From contig NC_090371.1 of assembly GCF_036365525.1 (NCBI RefSeq), positions 51,277,654 through 51,341,653 of the forward strand: DNA of 64,000 bases, read 5' to 3'. Every line of letters begins with the position of its first letter. Within the stretch, counting starts at the first letter, position 1. This stretch comes from Heterodontus francisci (taxonomy: Eukaryota). The translations under genes and the position numbers were made by a program. Below are positions 13,259-27,029 of the stretch, piece by piece. A model generated the notes under the pieces. It was not told where the DNA came from, made no database searches, and was given only the letters and a program-made list of their open reading frames with translations.

Positions 13259-15360
13259 GTGAGCAAGTGAGCTAAAACATTTACTTTTAATAGCTTTCAT
13301 GTAATACTTTTTAATAAGCTGCTGAATACTCTTGGTTACTTTCCTTCATCTTTGGATATTTGGGCTCCGGCATGTCTTGTGTACAAGTGAGGCAGTATTC
13401 TTTATTGTCGAGAAGTGGTTGAAATGGAGTCTTAGAGCTAATTGCTGATATCATAGAAACAACAGCTCTATAGACTTAGACAATTATTTCAGAATCTAAC
13501 TGTCCTCAAAAAAAAAATTAGATGAGGAGGGTCAGAACTGAACGCAGTTGTAGCAATTTTAGCTGTCTGTGATGAACATAAAGCTAGATCACAAGAGGTG
13601 CACAGGTTTAGTATTTAAGCTGAGATGATGGTGGAACAGAGTGCATGTGTAGAAATATGTAGTTTGCACTGAAATGCCTTCATCTATTGGCAAGCTTGAA
13701 TCGCAAACTGAGAAATTATCACAAAGCCAGTCAGCATATTGGCATTCCAATTAATATGTACCACCATATTTCCCCAAAAGTAAGTAAATATTATTTTACG
13801 CAATGGTAACTTGTTCAGAAATGTACAACTCAGAACAGGTGATCTATTTGTCACCCTGGACATCTTGAATGTTTAACAAAATTTTCCAAAGATATAGTTT
13901 GATGTGCAGGCAAAAAGAATACAGTGTAATGTCTCAAAACCTTGTGTTTGTAAGTTCTGACCAAAATTTCTAGGAAGGCCAATGGGATTATTTTCAAAGC
14001 TTCTTCAGTTCTGTTGGGAAATGAAACCAGTCTCTGATCTGTCACACTCTGATGTGAACTCCATATGAATGTAAAACATGCAGTACTTGTTTTTAAATTC
14101 ATTCATGGGATGTGGGCGTCGCTGGCCAGGCCAGCATTTATTGCCCATCCCTAATTGCCCTTGAGAAGTTGGTGGTGAGCTGCCTTCTTGAACCACTGCA
14201 GTCCATGTTGCAGTTTAGTTATTTTAAGTAATTAATAGATGACTGGATAATTATCTGAAGAGAAAAAATTTGTTGGGTTCCAGGGAAAAGGCAGGGGAAT
14301 GGTACTAGGTGAGTTACTGTTGCAGAAAGCAGGCACAGATACAACAGGCTGAATGGCCCCCTCCTGTACTGTAACCATTCTATGACTGTCCTTTTAAAGC
14401 TTTCATTGTCTGTCTGTAGTTCTGGAATAGCATAAATAACTTTCTAAATGTGAAAATGAGCTGCCTGAATTCCTAGTACAGCATATTAGATGTTTAGTCC
14501 AGAAATGTTGCTGTTTGTCTGTTTTCAAAAAGCAAAAGTTGCCTTATCCTGTCTTTCTGAAATATCTCAACACTTCAGAGTGCGGCTTGGGCACAGAGTG
14601 TGAAGCTGCGAGTTTGGTGAGTGAGGGAATCTTGAGGGTTAATCTCTTTGTAAAATTTAGTCGTCTTTGCATTTAGCATTTAACTAAAATTCATTTTTTT
14701 TAATTTGTTTTCATTGGATTTGGACGCTGCTGGCCAGGCCAGCATTTATTGCCCATCCGTAATTGCCCATGAGAAGGTGCTGGTAAGCTGCCTTCTTGAA
14801 CTGCTGCAGTCCATGTGGGATAGGTACACACACAGTGGAAGGTAGTTCCAGAATTTTGACCCAGTGACAGTGAAGGAACGGCGATATAGTTCCAAGTCAG
14901 GATGGTGTGTGACTTGGAGGGGAACTTGCAGGTGGTGGTGTTTCCATACATCGGCTGCCCCTGTCCTAGGTGGTAGAGGTTGCGGGTTTGGAAGGTGCTG
15001 CCTGAGTAGCCTTGGTGCGTTGCTGCAGTGCATCCTGTAGATGGTGCACACTGCTGTTGAAGATGATGGATGGGGTGCCAATCAAGCGTGATGCTTTGTC
15101 CTGGATGGTGTTGAGCTTCTTGAGTGTTGTTGGAGCTGTACCCATCCAGGCAAGTGGAGAGTATTCCATCACAATCCTGACTTGTAGACTGTTGGCAGGC
15201 TTTGGGGAGTCAGGAGGTGAGTTACTTGCTGCAGAATTCCTAGTCTCTGACCTGCTTTTGCAGCCACAGTATTTATATGGCTGGTCCAGTTCAGGTTCTG
15301 GTCAATGGTAACCCCCAGGATGTTGATAGTGGAGGATTCAGAGATGGTAATGGCATTGAA

Positions 15361-18250
15361 CAGTACAGCACAGGAACAGGCCATTCGGCCCTCTAAGCCT
15401 GCGCCGATCTTGTTGCCTGCCTAAACTAAAACCTTCTGCACTTGCGGGGACCGTATCCCTCTATTCCCATCCTATTCATGTATTTGTCAAGATGCCTCTT
15501 AAACGTCACTATCGTACCTGCTTCCACCACCTCCCCCGGCAGCAAGTTCCAGGCACTCACCACCCTCTGTGTAAAGAACTTGCCTCGCATATCCCCTCTA
15601 AACATTGCCCCTCGCACCTTAAACCTATGTCCCCTAATAACTGACTCCTCCACCCTGGGAAAAAGCTTCTGACTATCCACTCAGACCATGCCGCTCATAA
15701 CTTTGGAAACCTCTATCATGTCGCCCCTCCACCTCCGTCGTTCCAGTGAAAACAATCCAAGTTTATCCAACCTCTCCTCATAGCTAATACCCTCCAGACC
15801 AGGTATCCTGGTAAACCTCTTCAGTACCCTCTCCAAAGCCTCCACGTCCTTCTGGTAGTGTGGCGACCAGAATTGTACACAATATTCCAAGTGTGGCCTA
15901 ACTAAAGTTCTGTACAGCTGCAGCATGACTTGCCAATTTTTATACTCTATGCCCTGACCGATGAAGGCAAGCATGCCGTTTGCCTTCTTGACTACCTTCT
16001 CCACCTGCATTGCCACTTTCAGTGATCTGTGGACCTGTACGCCCAGATCTCTCTGCCTGTCAATACTCCTAAGTGAAGGCGCATGGGGTCCAAGGTGTAC
16101 TAGCTATATGGATAAAGAACTGGCTGGGCAACAGGAGACAGAGAGTAGCAGTGGAAGGGAGTTTCTCAAAATGGAGACGTGTGACCAGTGGTGTTCCACA
16201 GGGATCCGTGCTGGGACCACTGTTGTTTGTGATATACATAAATGATTTGGAGGAAAGTATAGGAGGTCTGATTAGCAAGTTTGCAGACGACACTAAGATT
16301 GGTGGAGTAGCAGATAGTGAAGGGGACTGTCCGAGAATACAGCAGAATATAGATAGATTGGAGAGTTGGGCAGAGAAATGGCAGATGGAGTTCAATCAGG
16401 GCAAATGCGAGGTGATGCATTTTGGAAGATCCAATTCAAGAATGAACTATACAGTAAATGGAAAAGTCCTGGGGAAAATTGATGTGCAGAGAGATTTGGG
16501 TGTTCAGGTCCATTGTTCCCTGAAGGTGGCAACGCAGGTCAATAGAGTGGTCAAGAAGGCATACGGCATGCTTTCCTTCATCGGACGGGGTATTGAGTAC
16601 AAGAGTTGGCAGGTCCTGTTACAGTTGTATAGGACTTTGGTTCGGCCACATTTGGAATACTGCGTGCAGTTCTGGTCGCCACATTACCAAAAGGATGTGG
16701 ATGCTTTGGAGAGGGTGCAGAGGAGGTTCACCAGGATGTTGCCTGGTATGGAGGGCGCTAGCTATGGAGAGAGGTTGAGTAGATTAGGATTATTTTCATT
16801 AGAAAGACGGAGGTTGAGGGGGGACCTGATTGAGGTGTACAAAATCATGAGAGGTATAGACAGGGTGGATAGCAAGAAGCTTTTTCCCAGAGTGGGGGTT
16901 TCAATTACAAGGGGCTGTTCCTGTGCTGTAATTTTCTTTGTTCTTTGTTCTAAGGGTTCTGCCATTTACTGTATACTTCACACTTGCATTAGACCTTCCA
17001 AAATGCATTACCTCCCATTTGTCCAGATTAAACTCCATCTGCCATTTCTCCGCCCAAGTCTCCAACCGATCTATATCCTGCTGTATCCTCTGACAATCTT
17101 CTTCACTATCCGCAACTCCACCAACCTTTGTGTCGTCCGCAAACTTACTAATCAGACCAGCTACATTTTCCTCCAAATCATTTATATATACTACAAAGAA
17201 CAAAGGTCCCAGCACTGATCCCTGTGGAACACCACTAGTTACAGCCCTCCATTCAGGAAAGCACCCTTCCACTGCTACCCTCTGTCTTCTATGACTGAGC
17301 CAGTTCTGTATCCATCTTGCCAGCTCACCTCTGATCCTGTGTGACTTCACCTTTTGTACCAGTCTGCCATGAGGGACCTTGTCAAAGGCTTTACTGAAGT
17401 CCATATAGACAACATTCACTGCCCTTCCTTCATCAATCATCTTCGTCACTTCCTCAAAAAACTCAATCAAATTAGTGAGACACGACCTCCCCTTCACAAA
17501 ACCAAGCTGCCTCTCGCTAATAAGTTTGTTTGTTTCCAAATGGGAGTAAATCCTGTCCCGAAGAATCCTCTCTAATAATTTCCCCACCACTGACGTAAGG
17601 CTCACCGGCCTATAATTTCCTGGATTATCCTTGCTACCCTTCTTAAACAAAGGAACAACATTGGCTATTCTCCAGTCCTCTGGGACCTCACCTGTCGCCA
17701 ATGAGGATGCAAAGATTTCTGTCAAGGCCCCAGCAATTTCTTCCTTTGACTCCCTCTGTATTCTGGGGTAGATCCCATCAGGCCCTGGGGACTTATCTAC
17801 CTTAATGCTTTGCAAGACACCCAACACCACCTCCTTTTTGATAACGACATGACCGAGACTATCTACACTCCCTTCCCTAGGCTCATCATCCACCAAGTCC
17901 TTCTCTTTGGTGAATACTGATGCAAAGTACTCATTTAGTACCTCGCCCATTTCCTCTGGCTCCACACATAGATTCCCATCTCTGTCCTTGAGCGGGCCAA
18001 CCCTTTCCCTGGTTACCCTCTTACTCTTTATAGACGTGTAAAAAGTCTTGGGATTTTCCTTAATCCTGTTTGCCAATGACTTTTCATGACCCCTTTTAGC
18101 CCACCTGACTCCTTGCTTAAGTTCCTTCCTACTGTCTTTTTATATTCCTCAAGGGCTTTGTCTGTTCCCAGCCTTCCAGCCCTTACGAATGCTTCCTTTT
18201 TATTTTTGACGAGGCTCACAATATCCCGCGTTATCCAAGATTCCCAAAAC
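15361..18250 (-). mobile_element. Young CR1 (HER1-like) LINE ORF2, 5'-truncated
   Basis: 391-aa minus ORF 16901-18076 with KSPGPDG, NYRPVSLTS, YMDFSKAFDKVPH, VPQGSVLGP and FADDTK. Confidence 0.93.
16074..16949 (+). mobile_element. CR1 (HER1-like) fragment inserted antisense into the CR1 above
   Basis: TSD ctaag at 16069-16073 and 16950-16954. Open RT frame and (ttctttg)n tail. Confidence 0.9.
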
Positions 18251-19200
18251 ATCAAGGTAGATGGTTAGATTCTCTCTTCTCAAAGATGGTCACTGCCTGC
18301 CACTTGTGTGGTGCAAATGTTACTTGCCACTTATCAGCCCAAGTCTGGATGTTGTCCAGATCTTGCTGCACCTGGTCACGGACAGCCTCAGTATCTGAGG
18401 AGTTGCGAATGGTGCTGAACATCCCCGCTTCTGTCCTTATGATGGAGGGAAGGTCATTGATGAAGCACTTGAAGATGGTCGGGCCTCGGACATTACCCTA
18501 AGGAATTCCTGCATGATGTTCTGGGACTGAGGTGATTGATCTCCAACAACCACAACCATTTTCCTTTTTGCTAGGTACCACTCCAACCAGAGGAGAGTTT
18601 TCGCCCTCCGATTCCATTGGCTCCATTTTGCTTTGGCTCCTTGATGCCGCACTCTGTCAAAAGCTGCCTTGATGTCAAGGGCAGTCACTCTCACTTCACC
18701 TCTGGAGTTCAGCTCATTTGTCCATGTTTGGATCAAGGCTGTAATGAGGTCAGGTGGTACCCAAGCTGAGAGTCTGTGAGCAGGTTATTTCTGAGTATGT
18801 GCTGCTTGACAGCACTGTCAACGACCCCTTCTATCACTTTGCTGATGATTGTGGGTAGACTGGTAGGCGGTAATTGGCCGGGTCGGATTTGTCCTGCTTT
18901 TTGTGTACAGGGCATAACTGGGCAATTTTCCACATTGCTGGGTAGATACCAGTGTTGTAACTGTACTGGAACAGCTTGTCTAGGAGCACAGCTAGTTCTG
19001 AAGCACAAGTCTTCAGTACTATTGCTAGAATGTTGTCGGGGCCCATGTCGCAGTATCCAGCCATTTCTTGATATCACGTGAAGTGAATTGGAGTGGCTGA
19101 AGGCTGTCATCTGTGATGCTGGGGACTTCAGGAAGAGGCCAAGATGGATCATCCACTTCGCACTTCTGGCTGAAGATGGATGCAAATGCTTCAGCCTTGT

Positions 19201-22200
19201 CCTGAAAGTAGATTTTAGGGAGCTAGGTAAGACATTAAAAAGCAGACTTCAGAGATAGTCATCTCCACATGCCATACGCTTGTGAGCATAGAGATAGGAG
19301 GTTGGAGCTGATGCATGCGTGTCTGGAGAGATGTTCCAGGATTGGGGGGGTGGGGGTGCGAGGGGGTTTACATTTCTGGGGCATTGGGACTGGTTCTGGG
19401 GGAGGTGGGACCTGTACAAGGCGGACGATTTGCACCTCAGTCGGGCCGGGACCAATATCCTTGCCGGGAGGTTTGCTAGTTCTGTTGGGCAGCGTTTAAA
19501 ATAGTTTGGCAGGGGGGGATGGGAACCTGAGAGTAGACTCAGATGGGGCAAAATCAGAAATGGAAATGGAAGGCAGAAAATTGGTGATTGAGTCTGAAAG
19601 ATAGAGGAAACAAAGGATAAATAGAAAAAGAATTTGGCAGTGCTCAAGGGTATAAACTTCAATGCAAGTAGTATTGCAAATAAAGCAGATGAGCTGAAGG
19701 CACAAATAGAAACATGGCAGTACAATACAGCTATTACAGAAATGTGGCTTAAAGAGGGACAGGAATGGCAGCTCAACGTTCCTGGTTACAGGGTTTTCAG
19801 CCGAGAGAGAGGAGGATAAAAAGGGAGTTGGGTGGCAATTTTGGTTCGAGAAGCAATTATAGCTGTGAGGAAGAATGATATATTCGAAGGATCATCAACT
19901 GAGGCCATATGGATTGAGCTTAGGAACAAACTATAGACTCCCGAACAGTCAGAGGGAGAAAGAAGAGCAAATATGTAGGCAAATCTCTGAAGTGCACAAA
20001 CAATATTAAGTAGGGGATTTTAACTGTCCCAATATTAATTGGGATAGTTTTAGTGTGAAAGGAATTGAGAGAATAGAATTCTTAAGATGGATTTAGGAGA
20101 ACTGTTTTGGCCAGTATGTACCAAGTCCAACAAGGGAGGGTGTGGTTCTGGACTTAGTTTTAGGAAATGAAACTGGGGAGGTGAAGGGAATGGCAGTGGG
20201 AGAGCATTTTGGTGGTCGTGATCACAAATTCAGTTCTAACGTAATTGCGGAAAAGAACAGATGGAACAGGAGTTAGAGTTCTAAATTGGGGTAAGGCCAA
20301 TTTTGCTAAGCTGAGAAGTGATTTAGCAAAAGTGGACTGGAAACAGCTACTTGAAGGTAAATCACTGTCAGAGCAGAGGGAGGCATTCAAAGACCAGATT
20401 CAGGGGGTTTAGAGTAAACATGTTCCCACAAAGAAAAAGGGTGGGACGACCAAATCTAGAGCCCCCTGGATGTCGAGGAGCTTACAAGGTTTGATTGCAC
20501 AATGTTCAGCACCATTCGTGACTCCTCAAATACTGAAGCCATCCGTGTAGGAATGCGGCAAGACTTGGACAATATCGAGGCTTGGGCTGATGTGTGGCAC
20601 GAATGTTACTTGCCACTTAAGTGCCAGGCAATGACCATCTCCAACAAGAACGAATCTAACCATCTCCCCTTGACATTCAATGGCATTACCATCGGTGAAT
20701 CCCCCACTATCAACATCCTAGGGGCTGTCGTTGACCAGAAACTGAACTGGAGTAGCCAGATAAATACCGTGGCGACGAGCAGGTCAGAGGCTAGGAATCC
20801 TGCAGTGAGTAACTCACCTCCTGACTCCCCAAAGCCTGTCCACCATCTGCAAGGCACAAGTCAGGAGTGTGATGGAATACTCTCCACTTGCCTGGATGGA
20901 TGCAGCTCCAACAACACTCAAGAAGCTCGACACCATCCAGGACAAAGCAGCCCGCTTGATTGGCACTCCATCTACAAACATTCACTCCCTCCACCACTGA
21001 CGTACAGTGGCAGCAGTGTGTACCATCTACAAGATGCACTGCAGCAATGCACCAAGGCTCTTTAGACAGCACCTTCCAAACCCGTGACCTCTACCAACTA
21101 GAAGGACAAGGGCAGCAAATGCATGGGAACACCACCTCCTGCCAATTCCCCTCCAAGTCACACACATCCTGACATGGAACGATATCGCCATTCCTTCACT
21201 GTCGCTGGGTCAAAATCCTGGAACTCCCTTCCTAACAGCACTGTGGGTGTACCTACCCCACATGGACTGCACCGATTGAAGAAGGCAGCTCACCACCACC
21301 TTCTCGAGGGCAATTGGGGATGGGCAATAAATGCTGGCCTGGCCAGCGATGCCCACATCCCATGAATGAATTTTTAAAAAGCTAGAAAAGGAAAGCTTAA
21401 ATCAGACACCCGAAAACTCAATACCATAGAAAGCCATGAGGAGTATAGAAAGTGGAGGGGTGAAATCAAAAAGGAAATTAGGAAAGCTAAGAGAGGGCAT
21501 CAAGGAATATTGCCGAGTAAAATCAAGGAGGACCCAAAGATATTTTATCAATATGTTAAGACTAAGAGGATGACTGAGGAAAGAGTAGGGCGCATAAAAG
21601 ACCAAAATGGTAACCTATGTGTAGTGGTGTAAGATGTTGGTATTGTTCTTCATGAATACTTTGTGTCTGTCTGCATCGTCCCCCTTTTTTGTGAAGGCGT
21701 TGTAGTTGAGGAGTTTGAAGTATTAGATGTGATGAACGTAGGGAGAGAGGAAGTATTAAGTGGATTAGTATCGTTGAAAGTGGATAGACCATTAGGGCTG
21801 GATGAAATGTGTCCCAGGATGCTAAAAGAAGCCAGGGAGGAAGTAGCGGAAGATTGACCGTCATTTTCCAGTCCTCACTGGATACAGGTGTGGTGCCAGA
21901 GGATTGGAGGTCTGCTAACCTTGTACCTTTGTTTAAAACTGGAGTGAGGGATAGACCGAATATTTACAGGCCATTGAGTCTGATCTTGATCGTGGGCAAA
22001 TTATTGGAATCAATTCTGAGACAGGATAAACTATCACTTAGAAAGGCATGGGTTAATAAAGGATAGTCAACATATATTAAGGAAAGGTCGTGTCTGACTA
22101 ACTTAATTGAATTTTTTGAAGAAGTAACAAGGAGGATTGATCAGGATAGTGCAATTGATGTGGTCTACATGGATTTTAGCAAACCTTTTGATAACGTCTC

Positions 22201-23345
22201 ACATGGCAGACTGGTTTTTAAAAAAAAAAGCCCATGGGAACCAGGGAAATGTAGCAAGCTGGGATACAAAATTGGCTCAGCGGCAAGAAACAAAGGGTAA
22301 TTGTTGACAGATATATTTGCGACTGGAAGGCTGTTTCCAGTGGGGTTCCACAGGGCTCAGTACTAGGTCCCCTGCTTTTTGTGGTATATATTAACAATGT
22401 GGACATAAATATAGGGGGAATAATCAAATTTGCAGACGACACAAAAATTGACCATGTGGTTGGCAAGGAGGTTAGCTGCAGACTGCAAAATGATATCAGT
22501 GGACTGGTCAGGTGGGCAGAAAAGTGGCAAATGGAATTTAACCCACAGAAGTATGAGGTGATGCATATGGGGAGGTCAAACAAGGCAAAGGAATACACAA
22601 TAAATGGGAGGATACTGACCGGTGTAGAGGAAGTGAGGGACCTTGGAGTGTATGTCCACCAATCTCTGAAGGTAGCAGAACAAGTCAGTAAGTTGGTTAA
22701 GAAGGCATATAGAACCCTTTATTAGCCAAGGCATAGAATACAAGAGCAAGGAGGTTATGCTGGAACTGTATAAAACATTAGTTAGGCCGCAACTTGAGTA
22801 CTGTTTGCAGTTATGGTCACCTTATTACAGAAAGGATGTAATTGTATTAGAGAGGATACAGAGGAGATTTACGAGGATGTTGCCAGGACTGGAAAATTGC
22901 AGCTATGAGGAAACATTGGATAGGCTGGGATTGTTCTCCTTGGAACAGAGAAGGCTGAGGGGAGATTCAATTGAGATGTGCAAAATTGTGAGGGGATTGG
23001 ATGGGAAGGGCCTATTTACCTTAGCAGAGGGTTCAGTGACTAGGGAGCATAGATTTAAAGTGATTGGTAGGAGTAGAGGGGCGATGAGGAAAATGTTTTT
23101 CACCCAGAGGGTGGGGGGGAGGGGGGTGGTGGTGTGGGTCTGGAACTCACTGCCTGAAAGGGTGGTAGAGGCAGAAAATCTCATCTCATTTAAAAGCTGC
23201 CTGGATGTGCACCAGAAGTGCCATAACCTGCAGGGCTACGAACCAAATTCTGGAAGGTGAGATTAGGCTGCGTGGCTTTTTTTGGCTGGCACAGGCACAA
23301 TGGGCTAGGTAGTTTCTTTCTGTGCCGTAAACATTGTGATTCTAT
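19201..23345 (+). mobile_element. Long degenerate CR1 LINE: ORF1 SGNH-esterase-like end, APE endonuclease, RT and 3' tail (possible 5' UTR at ~14570-14690)
   Basis: GFTFLGHWDWFWGRWDLYKADDLHL..AGTNILA (ORF1), NASSIANKADEL..AITEMWL (APE) and FADDTK/LEYCLQLWSP (RT). Many frameshifts. Confidence 0.88.
20490..21372 (+). mobile_element. Second-family CR1-type LINE 3' fragment nested in the CR1
   Basis: MFSTIRDSS..QDLDNI.AWAD; ends gggcaataaatgctggcctggccagcgatgcccacatcccatgaatgaat. Confidence 0.85.
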
Positions 23346-23570
23346 ATATTGCCTGTACAACAACCAGTGCACTTCAGAATATGAAATATTTCTTATATAT
23401 TTGTCATCATCTAGGTTACTGATGGTGTATGGCTTTGGCAAATCCATTGGGGAAAGGAGAGTGTATAACTTATATTTTTGTTCTTTAAAAAGGGTTTAAC
23501 CCTACCTCAGTTGCTGGGTAGCTTAATTAGCATTAACTGAGCCTGTATGTTGCAGTTACATTTTAACAAT

Positions 23571-23908
23571 GCGGCGCAGTGGTTAGCACTGCAGACTCAC
23601 AGCTCCAGCGACCCGGGTTTGATTCTGGGTACTGTCTGTGTGGAGTTTGCAAGTTCTCCCTGTGACCATGTGGGTTCCCGCCGGGTGCTCCGGTTTCCTC
23701 CCACAGCCAAAGACTTGCAGGTTGTTAGGTAAATTGGCCATTGTAAATTGCCCCTAGTGTAGGTGGGTGGTAGGAGAATTGAGGGAAGGTGGGGATGTGG
23801 TAGAGAATATGGGATTAATGTAGGATTAGTATAAATGGGTGGTTGATGGTTGGCACAGACTTGGTGGGCTAAAGGGCCTGTTTCAGTGCTGTATCTCTTT
23901 GACTCTAT
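23571..23908 (+). mobile_element. Full-length HE1-like V-SINE
   Basis: tRNA head (ggcgcagtggttagcac...gggtttgattc), V-domain (gtgtggagtttgca.gttctccc...ctccggtttcctcccaca) and CR1-derived tail gggcctgtttcagtgctgtatctct. Confidence 0.88.
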
Positions 23909-23922
23909 GCTTCTGACTACAG

Positions 23923-24037
23923 GGTCGTTCAGAGCCAATTGAGAGTCACCAAGCAGCTTATGTCCACCCCGCACCTGATCAGATAACCAAGACATTTCTG
24001 GATGCAGTAAATCTAGTACGTCCCACTGCTATTATTG
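23923..24037 (+). CDS. ME2: ME2 coding exon (115 bp): GRSEPIESHQAAYVHPAPDQITKTFLDAVNLVRPTAII(G)
   Basis: ctacag| acceptor, |gtaagt donor. Gln at the position of human Q362 (NAD preference). Confidence 0.94.
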
Positions 24038-24894
24038 GTAAGTGGTAAAAGTTGCAGAACGTTTTATGTATAAATGTATATGTTTTAAAAATTGGGATAA
24101 TTCATCCAGTTATAAACCACCGCTTTGTCTCCAATACCCCTTTCTACTCTGAAGATCTTGAAAGAGTTGTGACCTCCAAATCCATACCTATAATTTCCTA
24201 CAACTCCATTTGAATCTCCAATCAGCTTCTCATTCTGTAGGTTTTCCTGCTTGCACAGTATCAACTTTGATTATTTCTCGGGTGTCCCTGACATACTGGG
24301 CTACACCACCTTTTTATTGCCCATTTTACTGAACATTCTATTCCTCAATGTTATATTCTCACTTATTCTCAGTAATTAGCCTTGTGAATTCTCCATAAGT
24401 GTCTCCAGTATGTGTGTAATTATTAGTAATAGTTAATCATTGTATGCTTTTCCTATGAAAGCCAATAATGCTTTTGAACCCTATTATTTTGTGGAATAAC
24501 TTGTAAGAACATTCATTCTCTCCAAGTGCTGCAACTGCATCTGGTAGCACATTTGTTAGAATTGGGTATATTGCTGAAAAGGATTTCCTCCAACAGTGCA
24601 CTGAGAAAATCTGTAGTTTATTTAAAATAAATATATCAGCTATATTTTAAATATTGCAGGTTTCCTCAATGATGCCTGTTAAAGTGGTCATAGTATGAAA
24701 CTATATTAAATTAAACTTAATTAAATATGAACAGTATGATTTCAATATTTTTGCAATCTTGTTTTTGTAAAGCTTGAAAGAATATTTAAATCTTTATAGA
24801 AATTCTGTACTTTGTTTCACGATGAGTTTAAAGCTTTCTCTGAGCACAAACTGCTTAAATTCTGGCAGAAATAATGTCTGCTTTATTTGACTGA

Positions 24895-26020
24895 ATACGG
24901 CATCAAGGAGCCCGAGCAAAACATGAGCAGTCAGTAGGTTTCAGGGGAAAACTCTCTGCTGGTTGGAGTTATACCTAGCGCAAGAAGGATGGTTGTGGTT
25001 GTTGGAGGTCAATCATCTCAGCTCCAGGACATCACTGCAGGAGTTCCTCAGGGTAGTACCCTAGGCCCAACCATCTCCAGCTGCTTCTTCAATGACCTTC
25101 CTTCAATCATAAGGTCAGAAGTGGGGATGTTCGCTGATAGCACATTGTTCAGCACCATTTGCGACTCCTCCGCTACTGAAGCAGCCAGTGCAGAAATGCA
25201 GCAAGACCTGGACAATATCCAGGTTTGGGCTGATAAGTGGCAAATAACATTCGCGCCACACAAGTGCCAGGCAATGACCATCTCCAACAAGAAAGGATCT
25301 AACCATCTCCCCTTGACGTGCAATGGCATTATGATTGCTGAATTCCCCTCTTTCAACATCCTAGGGGTTAGCATTGACCAAAAACTAAACTGGAGTAGTC
25401 TATAAATATCATGGCTACAAGAGCAGGTCAGAGGCTAGGAATTGTGTGTCGAGTAATTCACCTCCTGACTCCCCAAAGTCTGTCCACCATCTGCAAGGCA
25501 CAAGTCAGGAGTGTGATGGAATACTCTCCACTTGCCTGGATGGGTGCAGCTCCAACAACATTCAAGAAGCTCAACACCATTCAGGACAAAGCAGCCACCT
25601 TGATTGGCACCCCATCAGCAAACATTCACTCCCTCCACCACCGACGCACAGTGGCAGCAGTGTATACCATCTAAAAGATGCAATGCACCAAGGCTCCTTA
25701 GACAGCACCTTCCAAACCCGTGACCACTACCACCTAGAAGGACGAGGGCCACAAATGCATGCTAATACCACCACCTGCAAGTGCCCCTCCAAGCCACACA
25801 CCATCCTGACTTGGAGCTGTATCGCAGTTCCTTCACTGTCGCTGGGTCAAAATCCTGGAACTCCCTTCCTAACAGCACTGTGGGTGGACCTACCTGACAT
25901 GGACTGCAGCCATTCAAGAAGGCAGCTCACCATCACCTTCTCAAGGGCAATTAGGGATGGGCAATAAATGCTGGACTAGCCAGCGATGCCCACATCCCAT
26001 GAAACAATAAGCAAAAAAAA
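24895..26020 (+). mobile_element. Second-family CR1-type LINE 3' fragment
   Basis: MVVVVGGQSSQLQDITAGVPQGSTLGPT...MFAD, the family tail and an A-rich end. Confidence 0.88.
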
Positions 26021-26188
26021 ATTGCACTGAAATCTTTGAAGCCAGGATCAATGCAAGGATTAACATTTCCTCCATTTTATGAAATTTTGATCAAGGTTCA
26101 GGAATTCAAGTCTTGTAGCTGAAATGTTAAACTTTTTCTGCTGTTTCCATAGATTTCAGGTTGACTTTGTTCAATTTGTTTTTGGCAG

Positions 26189-26331
26189 GAGTAGCAGGTG
26201 CTGGCAGACTCTTCACCAAAGAAGTGATTAGTGCCATGGGCCACATCAATGACCGTCCTATAATATTTGCACTAAGTAATCCAACAGCTAAAGCTGAATG
26301 CACTGCAGAGGATGCATACACTTTAACAGAG
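26189..26331 (+). CDS. ME2: ME2 coding exon (143 bp): (G)[47 protein letters not shown]
   Basis: ggcag| acceptor, |gtatca donor. [17 protein letters not shown] malic-enzyme motif. Confidence 0.96.
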
Positions 26332-27029
26332 GTATCATGGATCAATTGCTTTCATTCTTTACCAAAACTAAATTTTCAAAATCATATACCAAATATGGAC
26401 TCATAAATCAAGTTTCACAGAAGGGAATAAATCAATTTATGCCATCTGTAATTTTCACTTGTTTATATTTAACTCCTCCCTTTTTCCAGCAATCTATATG
26501 TAGGATTCAAGCTTCACTTCAAAGATTTTTATATAATTTTCTCACACTTAGTGATGCTGTAAACTGACTGGCCCATTTATTTTTGACCCTCTTATGTGAG
26601 GCTAACCATTCAATATCGCTTCCCTTCTGAAAATTTTGAATCAGATTTGATTTTAAAAAGTCCATTGTGTGCTCCAAGATCCTAATCACTAAATGCATGA
26701 TTCTGTGCTTGTTCAACAGTGTAACCATGTTCTTTCTGCTTGTTGGCCTTGTGGTGCTGCTGCTTGGTCTCAAATTTGTGTTGTTCCCTCTTCTGGCAAT
26801 CTGCACTGCAATCATTTTTTTCTTCCCATTTCTATTGCACTTCCTTCAGCTTCCAAATCTCATTCTTAGCCTCCAATTTCAACATTTCTAATTGGAACAG
26901 TCCTTGTCTATCTTCTCAGCCTTGTGCTGGCACTGATTTCTACCCTGATTGTGCTAATTCTCCTTCTTTTGACCTGGTCAACATTTTTAGATATTACTTT
27001 TTGTTGGATTCACTTGTTGTAACTCATTG

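Larger units (their letters stand above)
14700..19200 (-). mobile_element. Second-family CR1-type LINE, split by a nested CR1 (host parts 14700-15360 and 18250-19200)
   Basis: Host sequence ggcattgaa|catcaagg rejoins across the insert. RT peptides ALDIKAAFDRV and WKIAQLCPVHKK..NYR. Confidence 0.85.

Noticed and set aside
16073-18076. Two long overlapping antisense ORFs (381 and 391 aa) as a gene pair
   Set aside because: Both are CR1 ORF2 pieces reading through the nested-insertion junction.
23571-23640. tRNA gene
   Set aside because: Only box A/B remnants, continuing into the V-SINE body; no cloverleaf.
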